A stretch of 55,179 nucleotides of DNA, counting the filler, from Sphacelaria rigidula (taxonomy: Eukaryota), in assembly GCA_964200075.2 (NCBI GenBank). It is 6 parts of 6 records of this genome, joined end to end, with 100 filler letters (N's around TTAATTAATTAA, not from the genome) between each part and the next. Parts side by side here need not be neighbours in the genome. Positions count along the whole stretch, not along the records: positions 46,068 to 55,179 come from CAXNAA020009274.1; 5 more parts are not named here. One strand, given 5' to 3'. A model generated the notes under the pieces. It did no database searches. It was not told where the DNA came from and saw only the letters and a list, made by a program, of their open reading frames with translations. The position numbers and the translations under genes are program-made. Below are positions 53,001 through 55,179 of the stretch, in pieces. Within the stretch, counting starts at the first letter, position 1; each line of letters starts with the position of its first letter.

Positions 53001-53160
53001 ATGCGCTGACCGGTTTCTCCGCCGTGAATCCAGCTTGCATCGAGAACCTGTCCCACACGCAGGCGTTCGGGTACAACTTGGGCTGCTACCGAAACAGGGA
53101 GGACTCGGTGGTTGACAGTGAATACGAGCACGGCTACCGTACTTGCGAGGGAGACGACCC
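47006..53160 (+). CDS. Secreted reprolysin (M12B)-like metallopeptidase homolog with a degenerate zinc motif; exons 1-9, 3' end not found
   Basis: Exons 47006-47147, 48079-48173, 48893-48964, 49572-49667, 50434-50538, 51001-51153, 51267-51428, 52341-52483, 52984-53160, all GT-AG and frame-consistent. Signal peptide-like MKLSPRTVLLTTMLTAGATA; VDVLYLYTEAAR...TNAAFINSDINL; IRSFYQADLVQVV; FSAVNPACIENLSHTQAFGYNLGCYRNR...YEHGYR. Confidence 0.85.
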
Positions 53161-53775
53161 GTGAGTGCACGTGAACAATGTTCCGGCGCCGTGATTTCCT
53201 GTCGTCGCTTATGGTCGGCCAAGACCGCACACCCTGGACAATAGATTACATTGTTAAAAAGGGTACCGCGTACAGTATGGACTATTGCGTATATTGCAAT
53301 AGACATATACACATCCCGTACTGTAAGCAGTACATTTTTTTGCAAGACTGCTCATCGGGAAGATGATACTGTGGATTAAACGAGAAAAAGAGAGCACGAA
53401 GGTCCGGTCGTTCTTGATCGATGGAGCAAGTTGCTACTCCCGACGGACCGACTCAGTGTAGAAAGTTGCTAGTCCCGACTGGTTTTGCCCCGTGTGTGGA
53501 AGCTGCACGATAGGAAACATCGTTTTGATGGTAAAAGCACATGAGGCCCCTGCTTTTGCTCACTTGGTTGCTGCTTCTTGTTCGTATCTATGGCATAGTT
53601 GAGCGCGTGCGAGTTGAACACGTGTAGTCTCCTCCGTTCATGCGATGGAATTTTTTCGAGACAATGGCTGAGAGCTTCAGTCTACTTTGCTTCCATCAAA
53701 AACCTAGGACACACGATCGCGGAGTCCAGCAAATGAGGAAATGACCCTTCCGCGCACCCTCTTGTTTGATGCCCA

Positions 53776-53973
53776 TGTAATGCGTGGGAGGACCGCGTGC
53801 ATTTTGCACCGCCTAGGAATTCGAAGACTCCAGGATCGAATTTTTCAAGATCGCTCGAGCCAGTCCCCGCAGGGACCCCGCCCCTGACGTTGACCCCTTA
53901 CATTAACCCTGACCATAAGGGGGTTTACATTCCGATGCGGTCTAAAAAGCACGCGATCCTCCCACGCACTACA
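53776..53973. mobile_element. Second copy of the 46489 MITE family, inverted
   Basis: TGTAATGCGTGGGAGGACCGCGTGC ... GCACGCGATCCTCCCACGCACTACA; internal ACCCTGACCATA...TTCCGATGCGGTC is the reverse complement of the first copy's interior. Confidence 0.82.
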
Positions 53974-54449
53974 CCCATCTTCCGAGAATCATCTTCAATG
54001 GTATTCTCACGGAGTTCTTCGGCACCCACCCGGTGCATAAGTAACACCCCCGGGGAATCTAATGTGGATCCAAAATAGACATACGCGGGAAGTGCTATTC
54101 AACCGGGTTACTTGCTATGCTGAGTATGGAGTGTTGATGCAGCACCGAAGTACCTATTCTTAATGAGCAAGGCATATCAAATGCGCCTACCGCACTGCCT
54201 CTCTCATACACCTAGCGGTTTGATATATTTCCGCGTCTTGGTCGCTTGGAGATTGTTTGCAGTTCCGAGTATGTTGATCGCCCCCAAACATCTTCACGAC
54301 TCTATATAAACTAAGCATGTTTGTTGCTCTATCCAGATCGGTAGTCCTGAACGTGTGAGTTTGTTCTCACAATATCACTCGATGCTACCTATCGCTGTAT
54401 CCGATCATACCAGTCGTTCGTGATCTTGAAAAATTTGAGTCGTATGCAA

Positions 54450-55179
54450 CCAATATAAGGAAAACCCCGCACGTTTCGAATGGAAGTGGGGGGAAGAGGG
54501 TTTCCCGATCTTAGATCAGTATATATACCTTGGCGGAGAAATACATGAAAAATATTCCTGGAATGCACACACGGATAGGTTAATAGGGAAGGATAGGGGA
54601 TATACAGTAAAGACGGACGTGGTCCTAAGCGACTCGCACCTCAACTCTAGCATTAAGAGATGTATTGTGATGAATGCGAGTGTACCAAAAGTCAGAATGC
54701 TCACGACACGTATGACAAGGAAACCCGGAGTTGGTGAAGCAGCCGGAAATCGTACAGATGACAGCAGCTAGAAGTTACTTGGATGCTCGACAGCGACGAG
54801 TAATGCACTATTAGGAGAAGAATTGGGAGTATACCCATTTGAAACAAGAAGAGATATGAAAAAAATGACAGAGAAGTGTAAAAGTGAGGATGTTGTCAAA
54901 AAATAGATTGCCAGCCATGGCTGAGAAGGCTGTGCGGGTGAAAGTAACGAAAGGGCAGGCTGGAATAAGGTAGAACGACGTAGTGCAAAGCACATGGAAG
55001 GATATAGGAGGGAACCAACATGAGGTAATGTCCATAGTTGAGTGTGGGAGGTAGAAGATGAAACAAAAACAAAAGATAAGAGAGTCATGCTGCGATAGGG
55101 GGCGGCGGGGGGGGGGGGGGGGATTTTGAAAGAAAAGAACCATAGGGGTGTCAGACGTCTTAGCACACTCGGGCTGCGC
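54450..55179 (+). mobile_element. LINE fragment, same family as 38905-40800
   Basis: Aligns with ~39570-40250 (TGGAAGTGGGG...GATCAGTATA.ATACCTTGGCG, CAGATGACAGCAGCT, GGCTGG.ATAAGGT). Confidence 0.85.

Noticed and set aside
6214..53160. A cell-wall or extracellular gene cluster (HYR/mucin protein, sulfotransferase, protease homolog)
   Set aside because: The genes are on different, artificially joined contigs.
53161..54450. Met-turn exon of the protease homolog
   Set aside because: No frame-compatible exon with a T(I/V)M.Y-like motif was found; it probably lies beyond the contig end.

Overview
This is eukaryotic, intron-rich, repeat-rich DNA of about 50% GC. It is most consistent with a brown alga or other stramenopile, but that is an inference. 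The window is not one locus. It is six contigs of 9115, 9114, 9113, 9113, 9112 and 9112 bp joined by artificial 100-bp N44-TTAATTAATTAA-N44 linkers, i.e. a size-sorted concatenation, so nothing can be inferred across the gaps. Contig 1 holds a degenerate chromodomain-bearing Ty3/Gypsy element with both LTRs, a TSD and nested insertions, sitting in one copy of a ~320-bp tandem repeat. It also holds the last seven exons of a minus-strand gene for an extracellular-type protein (Cys-rich GDCC segment, two HYR-like modules, 10-aa Thr/Pro/Ala/Ser repeats). Contig 2 has a 364-bp tandem duplication, the first exon of a probable type II membrane sulfotransferase, and MITEs. Contig 3 has a decayed Ty1/Copia element. 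Contig 4 has faint hAT-like/Ulp1-like remnants and the terminal exon of a MORN-repeat gene. Contig 5 has one ankyrin exon and two inverted LINE remnants. Contig 6 has nine frame-consistent exons of a secreted reprolysin (M12B)-like protein whose HExxHxxGxxH motif is replaced by QAFGYNLGCYR, a probable pseudoprotease. I found no convincing multi-gene novel system; the two extracellular proteins are the most interesting items. All alignments and gene models were made by eye.
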